Positions 52,109 to 62,856 are shown, counted from the first letter of the stretch. The stretch: DNA of 64,000 nucleotides from Alphaproteobacteria bacterium (GCA_045632645.1 JAZQXC010000017.1:12434-76433), one strand, 5' to 3'. The notes: a model not told the origin generated them from the sequence alone. A program made the numbers and translations.

Positions 52109-53074
52109 ATGTCTATTTCAAATTATGTTAAGTTCTTTGCGGAGAATACTTTTGATTCTACCACAAAGCTAGAGTTTTTTCAGGATGGTGGCTTTGCTAT
52201 CGTAAAAACAGGTGAAGTTACAATCTATGATAAGAATTGTAACGGGGTTATGAGGTACGGGGGGCGAAGATTTGAAGTCCTTGCTAACGGCGTTATACTG
52301 TTTATTCGCTCCAATGCTGTTTCAGCTATTTGCAATGGCACCAAACAATTTGACTTGCTTAAAATGCCGGAGCTTTACTATCATGACAACTCGAGTGTCA
52401 TAATTAGTGGCTCGATGCTTCTAATTAGAGAGTCTAACAAGTCTCAGACACATGCTGTATATGAGGTTATGGAAGATGGTACGTTTGTCGAGAGACTACG
52501 CATCCCATTTGTTGATGGCGCTATATTTTCTGCATCTACTGATAACAGCGTGTTTGCTGTTGGTAAACCATATAATTCAATGCGCGTGTTTAATCAGCAT
52601 GGTGAGATTGAGTTGAATAGTGTTGAGAAGAAAATCATCAAAGTTCTTGCCTGTGGTTCGTTTATCATCTCTGATACATATAGCGCTACACTTTTCAATA
52701 GTGAAGGCAAGCTTTTGTGTGATGGCACATCTATTGATTGTATCAACGACAACTTCCTTGTTTTTGACAAGAAGCTAATCATTTCAGCGAAGGACGCCGC
52801 CATTTTAGGCGAGTACGATGAAAACATCAGAAAAATCGCTGTAGACGGGACATTTGTTTACTCGCACAAGATTGTGAATAAACAAGGTGTGGGCTATATG
52901 CTTGGTGGCAAATTAATGCCTATAAGATCTACAGCGCGTTTTAGACCCAGCTATTCTATCATTTGGTCGCAGAATAGATTTTACCTGATTAACTTCTTTG
53001 ACCAGTTTATGTGGACTGAGAACACTCACGGTGAATACATTAGCAGACTGCATATGATGAAACCGCACAAGTAA
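52109..53074 (+). CDS. orphan beta-rich protein, paralogue 1
   Basis: 321-aa ORF, own TTGACA promoter (52038), terminator 53084-53110. Confidence 0.8.
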   Translation: MSISNYVKFFAENTFDSTTKLEFFQDGGFAIVKTGEVTIYDKNCNGVMRYGGRRFEVLANGVILFIRSNAVSAICNGTKQFDLLKMPELYYHDNSSVIISGSMLLIRESNKSQTHAVYEVMEDGTFVERLRIPFVDGAIFSASTDNSVFAVGKPYNSMRVFNQHGEIELNSVEKKIIKVLACGSFIISDTYSATLFNSEGKLLCDGTSIDCINDNFLVFDKKLIISAKDAAILGEYDENIRKIAVDGTFVYSHKIVNKQGVGYMLGGKLMPIRSTARFRPSYSIIWSQNRFYLINFFDQFMWTENTHGEYISRLHMMKPHK

Positions 53075-53186
53075 TTTTCAATTAGCCCTCTATTAATGAG
53101 GGCTTTTTTTTATTTGACAATAAAAGTTTTTATGTTATTTTAATGCCTCACATTAAAATTATTATGCACTTTAAAAATTAAAAATT

Positions 53187-54224
53187 ATGGATTTAAAAAA
53201 GTATTATGAATTTTTTGGAAACACTTCATTTGGAAGAGGCACAGAGATTTTGTTTATGCAAGATGGTAGCTTTGCTATCTGTGATAAACAGAATAAGAAG
53301 GTAACTTGCTATAATGCAGATTGTGTACCATTTATCGAGAGCAACAATCCTGAGGATGTTGTACCTTTGTCTGAGACCAACACTGTTGTGGTTAGAGATA
53401 AAGAGATTGGTGGATACCACATCTATCGCAAAGGTACTGAAGTTGGCTTTATTCTCTTTGAGAGAGCTAGCAAGTTTGGTATGTACACTAATAGCAATAG
53501 CTCTATCTTGGTTTATAACCCTGAGTATGTAAACGAATCATACATTATTAGCACTTATAACAGTGAAAAAGGGTTTGAGTTTAATTTTGTTGATTCGTAT
53601 ATCAATCCTCATACATTTATTGAGGACGGATATGGTAACGTTGTTATTCATAACGGCTCTACTCATGCTCCATCTAAGCACTTTGACAAAGATGGTATTA
53701 TGCAGATAAATGACAACATCTCTAAGGTTATATTTCTCTATGGTAAGAGAGCTATTCTCCACTTCTGCGATGGTCACACTGAGCTTGTTAGCTATGGTGA
53801 GAAGGATGATAGGCTTCCTGATTACAAATGTATTTTGCACTCGCGCAAATCTTTTGGTGTCACTAAGTTAGGCAACTATGCTGTTATCTATGAGAAGCAT
53901 CTCATCGCATCTGCAGATGATGGTACATTCTTGAATGAGGTTGATCATAACAAGGACGATGAGGATGAGGTTGTTATCACACCAATGAATACAAGAATTG
54001 CACCTTATGTTATTGAGCATGATGAGCAAAAAGGTTTTTACCCCTCTTCTTCATATCAGCTATTTGATGTTGAAGATAAGACATTGCTTGTATTCTTCTA
54101 CAATGGCAAGTTCTACCCTGTTTTTATTGACCTTGGTATTAATGAAACAGAAGTTGGTTTACTCAATGAGAACGTACCCGATGAATATGCGGATATCATT
54201 TTCCAGTGTTTCCCAGAGCATTAG
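53187..54224 (+). CDS. orphan beta-rich protein, paralogue 2
   Basis: 345-aa ORF, own promoter (53114), terminator 54230-54257; N-terminus aligns with the preceding ORF. Confidence 0.8.
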   Translation: MDLKKYYEFFGNTSFGRGTEILFMQDGSFAICDKQNKKVTCYNADCVPFIESNNPEDVVPLSETNTVVVRDKEIGGYHIYRKGTEVGFILFERASKFGMYTNSNSSILVYNPEYVNESYIISTYNSEKGFEFNFVDSYINPHTFIEDGYGNVVIHNGSTHAPSKHFDKDGIMQINDNISKVIFLYGKRAILHFCDGHTELVSYGEKDDRLPDYKCILHSRKSFGVTKLGNYAVIYEKHLIASADDGTFLNEVDHNKDDEDEVVITPMNTRIAPYVIEHDEQKGFYPSSSYQLFDVEDKTLLVFFYNGKFYPVFIDLGINETEVGLLNENVPDEYADIIFQCFPEH

Positions 54225-54337
54225 TAAGAAGACCCACTTGTTGGGTCTCTTTTTTTTGCTTATTTTACTTGACAAAAAATATATTTTGTATAATGTATAT
54301 TAGACATTTGTATTATTAACGTTAAACTTATGAATTT

Positions 54338-55507
54338 ATGGAGTTAAAATCTTTTAGCGACTTAAAGGAGAAAAAATGTCGCCTTTCGGTCCTTTGGGAG
54401 ATCTTATGTAAGATCAAATCCAAATCAGGAAGAGCGGTTCCTTTTCCTAATGATCTGTTGTTTATAGCAAATAATGGATATAAAGATATTTCTGCATTGT
54501 ATTATGCATCATCTGACAAGGCGGCTCTTGCTGGTTTGTGTTATGTTCATCCTTTGCAGAAAGGATATCTTTTTGCCGGATATTGTGAAAATGAAATCGG
54601 CCTATTCTCGCCAAAGGGAAATTTATCAAAGATTTTTATCTATGATAAAAAACTTTTCTCTGAGTGCTATGAATACTCTCAAGAAGGAGTCAAATATTGT
54701 CGAACTGGATTTAGTTTATTTACTAAATTTGCCTTTAAGTATGACACAGTAGCACTAAAGTGTGCAGATAGATGCTATATAGCAAAGGTTACTAAGTTTG
54801 ATCCAAAAACTTCTGTCTTTGTTGGAAAGTATGATGACATTCTTGAAATGAAAGATAGTGTTGATGGCAAAGTAGTCATTACATATAAGGATGGCAAGGT
54901 TAAGATGTGGGATAAAAACCTAAAGGAAATAAAACTTGAGTTTAGTCCATCTAAAATCACTTTCCTTGAAAATGGTTGCTTTATTGCATATCATCTATCT
55001 AAAGGAGCTATGATTTTTGACAAGACAGGAAAGCTTATAAAGAAGCATAACCTGATTTCTGCATCGGAGTATTCACGATTTTATAAGATACATAATGGTA
55101 GATTATATGATTGTTATACTCATGATGAGTACGATCTTAAGAAAGTTCCACTCTTAAAGAACAAGTCTATTGAGGTTTTCTATGAGAAAAACAAAGTTTA
55201 TTGTTTTAAGATTGTTGCCGGCAAGAGAACCAAGAGGTTTGTTCTTATTGAGAACTGCCCTTCTGTACCTAGAGTTATAGATGAGAAGTATCTCTATTTT
55301 GATGATAATAAATGGACCTTTGTTATTGATCCACTTGCATCAAGAGAGGAAACTGTTGAAACTATTGCTAACTATCTTATAGACCATGATAGTTATACAG
55401 ATATTTCAGATGATATGTTCTTGTACTTAAAGACATTGTGTGAGTATCTTTATGGCAAGTCAAACAGCTTAAGAGTAATGTTGTTTACCTTTGTTCACAA
55501 CCTTTAA
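54338..55507 (+). CDS. orphan beta-rich protein, probable distant paralogue 3
   Basis: 389-aa ORF, own promoter (54269), terminator 55511-55536. Confidence 0.78.
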   Translation: MELKSFSDLKEKKCRLSVLWEILCKIKSKSGRAVPFPNDLLFIANNGYKDISALYYASSDKAALAGLCYVHPLQKGYLFAGYCENEIGLFSPKGNLSKIFIYDKKLFSECYEYSQEGVKYCRTGFSLFTKFAFKYDTVALKCADRCYIAKVTKFDPKTSVFVGKYDDILEMKDSVDGKVVITYKDGKVKMWDKNLKEIKLEFSPSKITFLENGCFIAYHLSKGAMIFDKTGKLIKKHNLISASEYSRFYKIHNGRLYDCYTHDEYDLKKVPLLKNKSIEVFYEKNKVYCFKIVAGKRTKRFVLIENCPSVPRVIDEKYLYFDDNKWTFVIDPLASREETVETIANYLIDHDSYTDISDDMFLYLKTLCEYLYGKSNSLRVMLFTFVHNL

Positions 55508-55544
55508 TTAAATCCCCCTTTTTGGGGGATTTTTTTATTAGCTT

Positions 55545-56255
55545 TTATATGTTTAGGTATGTTAGAACATCATCAGGAGAATTTACACCAACAACTTCTG
55601 TGTTTTCCATATTTTTAAGCGTGGTTGCAATATTATAGTCATTTCCACCAGGCATTATTCTATCGCCAATGAATATAATTTTGGCATTGGGATAGGCTTT
55701 ACGAATTTCATGAGCCACCTGCTCTTTTCCGTAACCTTTGGTTACGATATCTATTGAAATTTTACCACCTAAGCTAAACTCGTAGTTTGGAAACTTTTCA
55801 TTTAATTCTTTTGATATTTGAGCGCGTTCTGAATTTTCTTTATCCCAGTTATGATATTTTTCACGTTCACTAAATGGACAATTGCGACCCAAGATACTAA
55901 AGTTTAACATACCAGGACGAAGCTCCATATAATTGGTATATAATTTACCATCATATTTAGTATTTTTACGAAATTGCTCAAGCGCTTTTAACATTTCCTT
56001 TTCTAAGAAAATTTCTTTTTTATAAATCTCTTTACCCTTTTTGTGAAAAACATTTCCCATTGAACTATATATTCCACTAAATGAATTAACAACATCTGGG
56101 GGAAGTTGCTCTGTTACTTTTTCATAGTTTGAGCCTGCTGCTAGATATGCAATATGTGTTTTTAACCATGGAAGAAAACTTTTATAAAAGTCTTTACTCA
56201 TTTGTTGACGACTTAAAGTTAGTGTGCCATCCATATCAAATATATATATATCCAT
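55545..56255 (-). CDS. HAD-IIB hydrolase, eukaryote-type phosphomannomutase-like
   Basis: FDMDGTLT, ELRPGMLNFSILGR, GGKISIDI, FIGDRIMPGGNDY. Confidence 0.85.
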   Translation of the reverse strand: MDIYIFDMDGTLTLSRQQMSKDFYKSFLPWLKTHIAYLAAGSNYEKVTEQLPPDVVNSFSGIYSSMGNVFHKKGKEIYKKEIFLEKEMLKALEQFRKNTKYDGKLYTNYMELRPGMLNFSILGRNCPFSEREKYHNWDKENSERAQISKELNEKFPNYEFSLGGKISIDIVTKGYGKEQVAHEIRKAYPNAKIIFIGDRIMPGGNDYNIATTLKNMENTEVVGVNSPDDVLTYLNI

Positions 56256-56283
56256 ATTACACCTCCTTTTATATTCTTAGTTG

Positions 56284-56598
56284 TTATTTATCAACAACGC
56301 ACCTATAATGCATTTTTGTTGGAATAAATAACCTACATGAAAATGCTTCTTTTTCCTTAAACTCAGCCTTTGATGCTTTATTATGTGATTTACATAACTT
56401 ATCTGCCATTATATCAACATCATTTTTATCATAAAACAATGGGTTGTAGCACAAGGTTGGAGAACCTGGTTTTGATGACCCTCTATATATATATTCAGTC
56501 CCTGGTTCACGATATCTGTCTTCAAAAGGCCTAATCTCAGAACAACCACAAATTGAGATTATGGTAAATAACAATAATGATAAATTTAATCTAGACAA
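56284..56598 (-). CDS. small Cys-containing lipoprotein
   Basis: GGAG + TTG start, lipobox ICGC, four further Cys. Confidence 0.7.
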   Translation of the reverse strand: MSRLNLSLLLFTIISICGCSEIRPFEDRYREPGTEYIYRGSSKPGSPTLCYNPLFYDKNDVDIMADKLCKSHNKASKAEFKEKEAFSCRLFIPTKMHYRCVVDK

Positions 56599-56658
56599 TT
56601 TATAAATCTCCAGTTAGTATTTATGTAATATTAACATTATATATAAAGATGAATTAAA

Positions 56659-57267
56659 ATGCAAAGTGAAAATACATACATTGGGGATGATAAATTTAAA
56701 AAATTTTTAGATCATTATAATTGCCCAACAGAACTTTTTGAAGTTAAGCTTAAATTTGCTGGAGCTATTTGCTCACCAAATACTAGTCTTAGACCAACTG
56801 ATGTTATTTCTTCTTTGTTTGAAGAGCAAAAACAGCCTAGACTTGAAACTAAAGATGAGGCAAATTTATTTTTTAAATTTTTTATGGGTTTATGGGATGA
56901 AATGTATAATTCAATTTCGGCTAATAAACTTAAACTTCCTAAAAATAATTCTAAAACTAAAGATGAGTTGATAATTCTTTGTAACCAAAGAAGCCGACAA
57001 ATTGAATGTGGTTTTGTGGAAGGTTTTTGGGGGGGACTTAATGAACTTGATATTCCTGATTTTGCAGGTGAACTTATCGAAAGTCTTTCTGATTTAGCTG
57101 AGGCATATTATATGCTTGCACAAAAAATTAACAAGATGTCTAAACTTGATGATAATATTGTTAAAGTTATTGCTAATATGGATAAGAAAGCTGAAGAAAT
57201 TTTTTCTTTTTTAATTGAGCATTTGGTTTTACCAAAGATTGATGAATTAAGAAAGACTGTTAATTAA
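56659..57267 (+). CDS. UPF0149/YecA-like hypothetical protein
   Basis: helical ORF; FAGAICSP...LRP, GFVEGF pattern. Confidence 0.55.
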   Translation: MQSENTYIGDDKFKKFLDHYNCPTELFEVKLKFAGAICSPNTSLRPTDVISSLFEEQKQPRLETKDEANLFFKFFMGLWDEMYNSISANKLKLPKNNSKTKDELIILCNQRSRQIECGFVEGFWGGLNELDIPDFAGELIESLSDLAEAYYMLAQKINKMSKLDDNIVKVIANMDKKAEEIFSFLIEHLVLPKIDELRKTVN

Positions 57268-57285
57268 ATTTAAAGGAGATATACC

Positions 57286-57816
57286 ATGGAATTATATGAT
57301 GGACTTTTAACTCGTCGTTCTATTAGAAAGTATAATCCAGAAAAGAAACTTAGTAGAGATGAAATTTATGAGCTTATTAGAGCGGCAACGTATGCGCCTT
57401 CTGCTCACAATAAACAACCTTGGCACTTTTTAGTGATTGAAAATAGAGAAACTCTTGCTAACCTTAGAACTATTCAGCCATGGACTTCTTTTGCAAAAGA
57501 TGCAGCTTGTGCTATTATTGTTTGTGCTGATGAGGTTGAGAGTTTTAATAGACCTAAAGAGGGGTGGAATTATGCTCAAATTGATGGGGCTCTTGCAGCG
57601 CAAAATTTACTTCTTGCTTGTCATGCTAAAGGATTGGGTGCTTGTTTTTGTGGTGCGGCTCCTATGCCTATGATTATTGGCAGTTTAAAAGAGAAGTTTA
57701 ATATGCCTGAAACAATGCTCCCTGTTGCGATTGTTACTATTGGATATCCTGAAGAAGAGCCTAAAATTCCTCAAGATAGATTGAACAAAGAAAAAGTATA
57801 TTGGGAAACATTTTAA
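57286..57816 (+). CDS. nitroreductase family protein
   Basis: RRSIRKY, APSAHNKQPW, AAQNLLLA..GLG, IGYP. Confidence 0.95.
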   Translation: MELYDGLLTRRSIRKYNPEKKLSRDEIYELIRAATYAPSAHNKQPWHFLVIENRETLANLRTIQPWTSFAKDAACAIIVCADEVESFNRPKEGWNYAQIDGALAAQNLLLACHAKGLGACFCGAAPMPMIIGSLKEKFNMPETMLPVAIVTIGYPEEEPKIPQDRLNKEKVYWETF

Positions 57817-57872
57817 TTTATTTTATATTAAATTTTAGCCCCCTTTTTTAAGGGGGCTTTTTTAGTTACTTT

Positions 57873-60800
57873 TTATTTTTGATATAACATATAGATATTT
57901 TTTAATATCTCTGGTATTTCTATTTCTTGTTCTGTTAGCATATATGCTATTGTATCAAGATTTAGCGCACCTATTGAGTTTATTGAGTATTTATCTTGAT
58001 TTTCTATCCACTTTGGATTGTTATAATCCACCCAATAACGTTCTCTATATGATGGAATTGTTCTAACTTCTGGCTTTTGGATATGAAGCTTTCCATCAGG
58101 TGAAAGGTAAGAAAACTTATCTAACTGTTTGTCTTTAGTATATGTTTTAAGGCTAATTTCACCATTATTATAGAAAACAATTTCTATTTTTAACTCCCCA
58201 TTATCATAGTACTCTTTTATAATATTAGAGTTTTTATCTATAACAAACTCTGATGCGAGTTTTCCATTTTTGTTATATGATTTGGCACTATCTGATAATA
58301 GTTTTTGGCTATCTTTATCCATTGATACTGGCACTTCTTTATTATTTAACAATAGCTTTTGGATTTTGTTTTCATTATCATATTCTTTTAATAATGTGTT
58401 TTGCCCTTGCTTTATATGTTCTTTTAACAGCTTGCCATCTTTATTAAATTCTTTTTCAACAAAAACTAATGGCGATGTTTGAATGGTCTCTTTTTTTAAC
58501 TTTCCGTTTGGATAAAACTCTTTGTCTTCAAACAATAATGTATCTTTATTTCTTTTTATTTCATAGCGTGGTAATCCTGTATTATAAAAATCTATTCTTG
58601 AAATAAATCCCATAATAACATTATCAGTGTATGCCTTTTGAGTTTTACGACGTATTTCTCCTGAACCATAATATTTTTCTATTAAAATACCTTCGCTGTC
58701 ATATATTGTATCAGTTAGCAATAAACCTGTTTTAGAATATTCTTTTACCTCTTCTGTTCTAGATCCTTTAGTTTTTATAGTTTTACGCAAGTTACCATTT
58801 GGATAATAAAACTTCTCAGTTCTACTTTCTAAATTTTCCTCTTTTTTATTTTCTTTTAGTTCAACGTGTTCTTTTGCAACAGCTTTTGATAAATCATTTA
58901 TATCTGGCTTTGCAATTGGACCAATATTTTTAGATGCAAGTTCCTCTTCTTTCTTTTCTTTTGCAGTTGGAATTATTGCATTTTCAACATTATAATCTTG
59001 TAATTCTTCTTTTTTATTTTGAAAAGGAACAGCGTTTAAACCTATGCTTGGAACAACTTTTTCAACCTTTGTCTCTAAAATATCTATATCGATATTTTCT
59101 TTTGAAACTTTAGGTTCAACAGGTTGCTCATTGGTTTTTACTTCTTTGTTTTCAACTTCTTTTATTGGCTCAACTGGTATAGAACTTGCTTCTTTAACTA
59201 AAGCATTGTGTTCTTGTTTTATTGCCTCTATTTCTTTTTCTAATTCTTCTAGCCCTACAATATCCATTGCATCGTTAGCTTCTTTTTCTAGTTCATCTAA
59301 TATTTTTATATCTGGAAGCTCTTCGTTTTTAGGCGATGCATTTTCTTTGATAATTAGAGCCTCTTCTCCTTTTTCTTGAGTCTCTACAGCTTCTTTGGCT
59401 TCATATTTAACTTCTTCTTTTTGTGGTGGAGTATATTCTATTAATTCTATATCTTTAGAAATTGTATCATATCCACAAATCTTTCCAGTTTTAATTAAAC
59501 GACCACCATTAAATATCAAATATTCCCCTATACTTAAATTATATTCAATAAAGTTTAGAGGATTTAATTTATTTACTTCTCTTATATTTTCTGGCTTATC
59601 TTCATAGAATTTTATATATACATCATTTTTATCTGTTGATAGATATGTTTGCTCTTTATTACCATCTTTATAGCTTAGACTATAGCTAAGGCTACCATCT
59701 TCATTATAGCTATTTATTAGCTCATATCTATCGTCATCTGATTTGGAAAGTAGGTATTTTACTAAACCACTTTCATAAAAGATACGACTTGTTTCTGACA
59801 TATTTCCATTATTATATGAAATTTCTTTTATAATATTATCTTTACTTCCATAAGCTCTTGCTATGCCTTGACGCATTTTTTGATTGTATTGAATGCTATG
59901 TGTCTTTTTGTTATTTTCATCATTAATTGTTAATACTGCAAATTTATTCTTTACGTATGCAGGTGGAAAGTAGGCTCTTATTTTATTATCTACGTAGCAG
60001 GCAAATATATTGTTTATTGGCTTATATGTACTTAAGTCTTTACACTCTTTAATTGGAGTAATATTTAACTCTTCTTTTATGCTATTTTCTTTTGACTTAA
60101 CATCAAGCATAAGCATTTCTTTGTGTTCGTTAATATTTAGGCACTGCGACTTATCATCAGAAAACAAATTTAAATATGAAACTTGTTTTCTTATTTTATT
60201 TTCTTTTGTTATTTGCTCGCCATTTTGAAATTCTACTATAGTTTCTTTGGGAGTTAATATTTTAGCATTACCATCTTTAAGACCATTTTTATATGGAATT
60301 TCGGCAGCAATTTCTCCTGTTGGAAAATAGCAATTAAGATTTCCCACAACCTTACCATTTTCATAACGTTTTCTAAATGCTAATTCTCTTGTTGGGAAAT
60401 AACCATTGGCTATACCATTTTTTGTGCCTTGTACGTATGGTATTTCAGCTGTTAGGTTGCCATTGCCATCATACTTTCTTTCTATACCATCTTTTTTACC
60501 TTGTTTATAGGTTGTGATACGTCGCAACATACCCTTTTCATCGAAGCTAAGTTTTTTATTATTCACGCCGATGATATTATTTATTTCATAAACAAATACT
60601 TCTTTATATGGTAATCCACACTTGTTATATGAAATATCCCCCTCATCTTCAAATAATTCAACTAACTCTCCTAAACTAAAATCAATAACCAAATCTCCAC
60701 AATCTTCTTTATTAATATCTGGCTTGAAACTTAATATTTCAGCATCATTAATTTCATGTATTATCTTACCATTTTCATCAAAAAACACATTTTTTCCTTT

Positions 60801-61418
60801 AGATCCTCCGCTAAATGATGCGGCGATTTTACCACTTGGGTAATATGTATTTACACGACCTTTAATTACGCTTGTTCTTTGATTTTGCTCTTTAGCCTTT
60901 TCTTTGTTTTCTTCTTCCCAAGGTATTTCTTGACGCAATACTCCATATATATCATATTTCTTTTCAATACCTATTTTATTTTGATTGTTTAAATATGTTG
61001 CAGTTGATGATTTTTTACCATTGGTATAGTATTCTTCTGCATAAAAGCCATCGGCATTTCCATATGATATAATTTTTCGAGAGATATTGCCGTTTGGATG
61101 ATATTCATATAATGTGCGCTCTTTTATTTCGTTATTGATTACTTTCTTTTCAGCAACAATTATACCATCTTTAGTTAATAGCTTTTCAATATATCCACCT
61201 GATATTTCTTCTTTTATTACATCAAAAGACTTTAATACATCTTCACTTGTAATTTGTTTTGTTTTATTAACTATTTTATTGTTATCATTTAATTTTATCT
61301 TAGCATTTTCAATAGTTGCCTCATCTAATGAGTATGTATTAGTATTAGCTTCAGAAGCTAATGCAAGGCTTGAAAGGCTTACATTTATAAGAAATGCTAA
61401 TTTTAAATATTTCATCAT
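57873..61418 (-). CDS. large secreted MORN-variant repeat (YwqK-like) protein
   Basis: signal peptide; many YYPNG/YFPTG/Y.NG.K.G repeats; central acidic low-complexity linker. Confidence 0.8.
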   Translation of the reverse strand: MMKYLKLAFLINVSLSSLALASEANTNTYSLDEATIENAKIKLNDNNKIVNKTKQITSEDVLKSFDVIKEEISGGYIEKLLTKDGIIVAEKKVINNEIKERTLYEYHPNGNISRKIISYGNADGFYAEEYYTNGKKSSTATYLNNQNKIGIEKKYDIYGVLRQEIPWEEENKEKAKEQNQRTSVIKGRVNTYYPSGKIAASFSGGSKGKNVFFDENGKIIHEINDAEILSFKPDINKEDCGDLVIDFSLGELVELFEDEGDISYNKCGLPYKEVFVYEINNIIGVNNKKLSFDEKGMLRRITTYKQGKKDGIERKYDGNGNLTAEIPYVQGTKNGIANGYFPTRELAFRKRYENGKVVGNLNCYFPTGEIAAEIPYKNGLKDGNAKILTPKETIVEFQNGEQITKENKIRKQVSYLNLFSDDKSQCLNINEHKEMLMLDVKSKENSIKEELNITPIKECKDLSTYKPINNIFACYVDNKIRAYFPPAYVKNKFAVLTINDENNKKTHSIQYNQKMRQGIARAYGSKDNIIKEISYNNGNMSETSRIFYESGLVKYLLSKSDDDRYELINSYNEDGSLSYSLSYKDGNKEQTYLSTDKNDVYIKFYEDKPENIREVNKLNPLNFIEYNLSIGEYLIFNGGRLIKTGKICGYDTISKDIELIEYTPPQKEEVKYEAKEAVETQEKGEEALIIKENASPKNEELPDIKILDELEKEANDAMDIVGLEELEKEIEAIKQEHNALVKEASSIPVEPIKEVENKEVKTNEQPVEPKVSKENIDIDILETKVEKVVPSIGLNAVPFQNKKEELQDYNVENAIIPTAKEKKEEELASKNIGPIAKPDINDLSKAVAKEHVELKENKKEENLESRTEKFYYPNGNLRKTIKTKGSRTEEVKEYSKTGLLLTDTIYDSEGILIEKYYGSGEIRRKTQKAYTDNVIMGFISRIDFYNTGLPRYEIKRNKDTLLFEDKEFYPNGKLKKETIQTSPLVFVEKEFNKDGKLLKEHIKQGQNTLLKEYDNENKIQKLLLNNKEVPVSMDKDSQKLLSDSAKSYNKNGKLASEFVIDKNSNIIKEYYDNGELKIEIVFYNNGEISLKTYTKDKQLDKFSYLSPDGKLHIQKPEVRTIPSYRERYWVDYNNPKWIENQDKYSINSIGALNLDTIAYMLTEQEIEIPEILKNIYMLYQK

Positions 61419-61500
61419 AACAACACCATAAATAATTCAAGTTAAAAAAATAAAAAACAATCTTATCTCATTTAAGCATGTTTTTATTTTTTTTAAAGAA

Positions 61501-62769
61501 CTAATTAAATTTTACTCCAAGAGTTTTTAAGTTCTCTTTTTTATCTAGTATTGATGAAATTTCTATCTCTTCTAGTTCTGTTTTAGTTATTTCTTTGTTT
61601 TGTATTTTTTGAATATAATCCATAAAATTAGGTATATATTCGCTTTTGGGATGGCTTGCTATTATAACAAGATCTTTTAAGGTTTGGCAAAAATTATCAA
61701 ACTCTTTTTCTTCTTTATCAAAATTATTTAATGCTCTCCCCATCATATCTGCTCTTAAGACAGCAATAAATCTTTCATAATAGTTGTTATTTTTATTAGC
61801 TGTAATTATTAAGGCAACTTTTACTAAATCTCTTTTTATATCTTTTAGAGGGCGATGATAAAGCATATGATTTTCAATAACAAAAGGTATAAATTCTCTA
61901 TACTTTTTTGGGGCATTAATGCGTTTTAAAATATTTTTTGCTAATTCAACTCCCAATTTTTCATGATTATGATGGGAGGGCCAATAGCTTTGGTCTGTCA
62001 TTGCTTTACCAACATCATGTAATAAGATTGCTAAGTTTACCACAGCATCACTACTTTGGCTATTTTTTAGAGCTAATAATGTATGCTCGCCTGTATTTTT
62101 TTCTGGATGATAGTCAATGCGTTCTGGCACATTCCATAGATTATCAACTTCTGGAAATAGCTCTTTTAATAAACCTATTTCTTTGGCATTTTTGATAAAT
62201 CGATAAAATTGAGGGCTTAAGAGAGCTTTTTCTAGCTCTTGGAAAATTCTTGATTTGCTTAGATGCGATATCGCACCCTCTTCTACCATTTGTTTACATA
62301 AATCAAGCGTTTCTGGAGCAATATCAAAATCTAGCGTTGCAGAAAGTCTGCATGCCCTTAAAACACGGAGAGGGTCTTCGGTAAAATGCTCAGATATATG
62401 GCGAAGTGTTTTATTTTTTATATCCTCTATTCCATTATGATAATCTATAAGCTTACCTGTTTTTATGTCTTCATAAATTGCATTACAGGTAAAATCACGA
62501 CGAATTGAATCTTCTTTTAAGGTTATACTTTTATCAAATACAAATTTAAAATCTTTATGAGATGATCCTGTTTTTATATCTTTTCGTGCAAGAGCATATT
62601 CTTCTTTGGTTTTTGGGTGCAAAAAAACAGGAAAGCTTTTACCAACTTTCTCAAAACCTAGTGATAACATTTCTTCTACGCTTGATCCAACAACAACATA
62701 ATCATTGTCGCTACATTTTTTTTGCATTAATTTATCACGAACTGCACCACCAACTTTATATATTTGCAT
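61501..62769 (-). CDS. cca: multifunctional CCA-adding enzyme with HD domain
   Basis: VGGAVRD, DNDYVVVG, RRDFTCNA, EDPLRVLR, LLHDVGK. Confidence 0.93.
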   Translation of the reverse strand: MQIYKVGGAVRDKLMQKKCSDNDYVVVGSSVEEMLSLGFEKVGKSFPVFLHPKTKEEYALARKDIKTGSSHKDFKFVFDKSITLKEDSIRRDFTCNAIYEDIKTGKLIDYHNGIEDIKNKTLRHISEHFTEDPLRVLRACRLSATLDFDIAPETLDLCKQMVEEGAISHLSKSRIFQELEKALLSPQFYRFIKNAKEIGLLKELFPEVDNLWNVPERIDYHPEKNTGEHTLLALKNSQSSDAVVNLAILLHDVGKAMTDQSYWPSHHNHEKLGVELAKNILKRINAPKKYREFIPFVIENHMLYHRPLKDIKRDLVKVALIITANKNNNYYERFIAVLRADMMGRALNNFDKEEKEFDNFCQTLKDLVIIASHPKSEYIPNFMDYIQKIQNKEITKTELEEIEISSILDKKENLKTLGVKFN

Positions 62770-62856
62770 TTACTCTCCTTTTTTATCTTTTATAGAGATA
62801 ATACTAAGTTATTTTTTTTGCAAGTTTTATATTTTTGATTTCATAATCTTACAAAA

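Noticed and set aside
52009-55536. Integron cassette array
   Set aside because: The spacers contain simple terminators and promoters, not attC sites with RYYYAAC/GTTRRRY ends; no intI gene.
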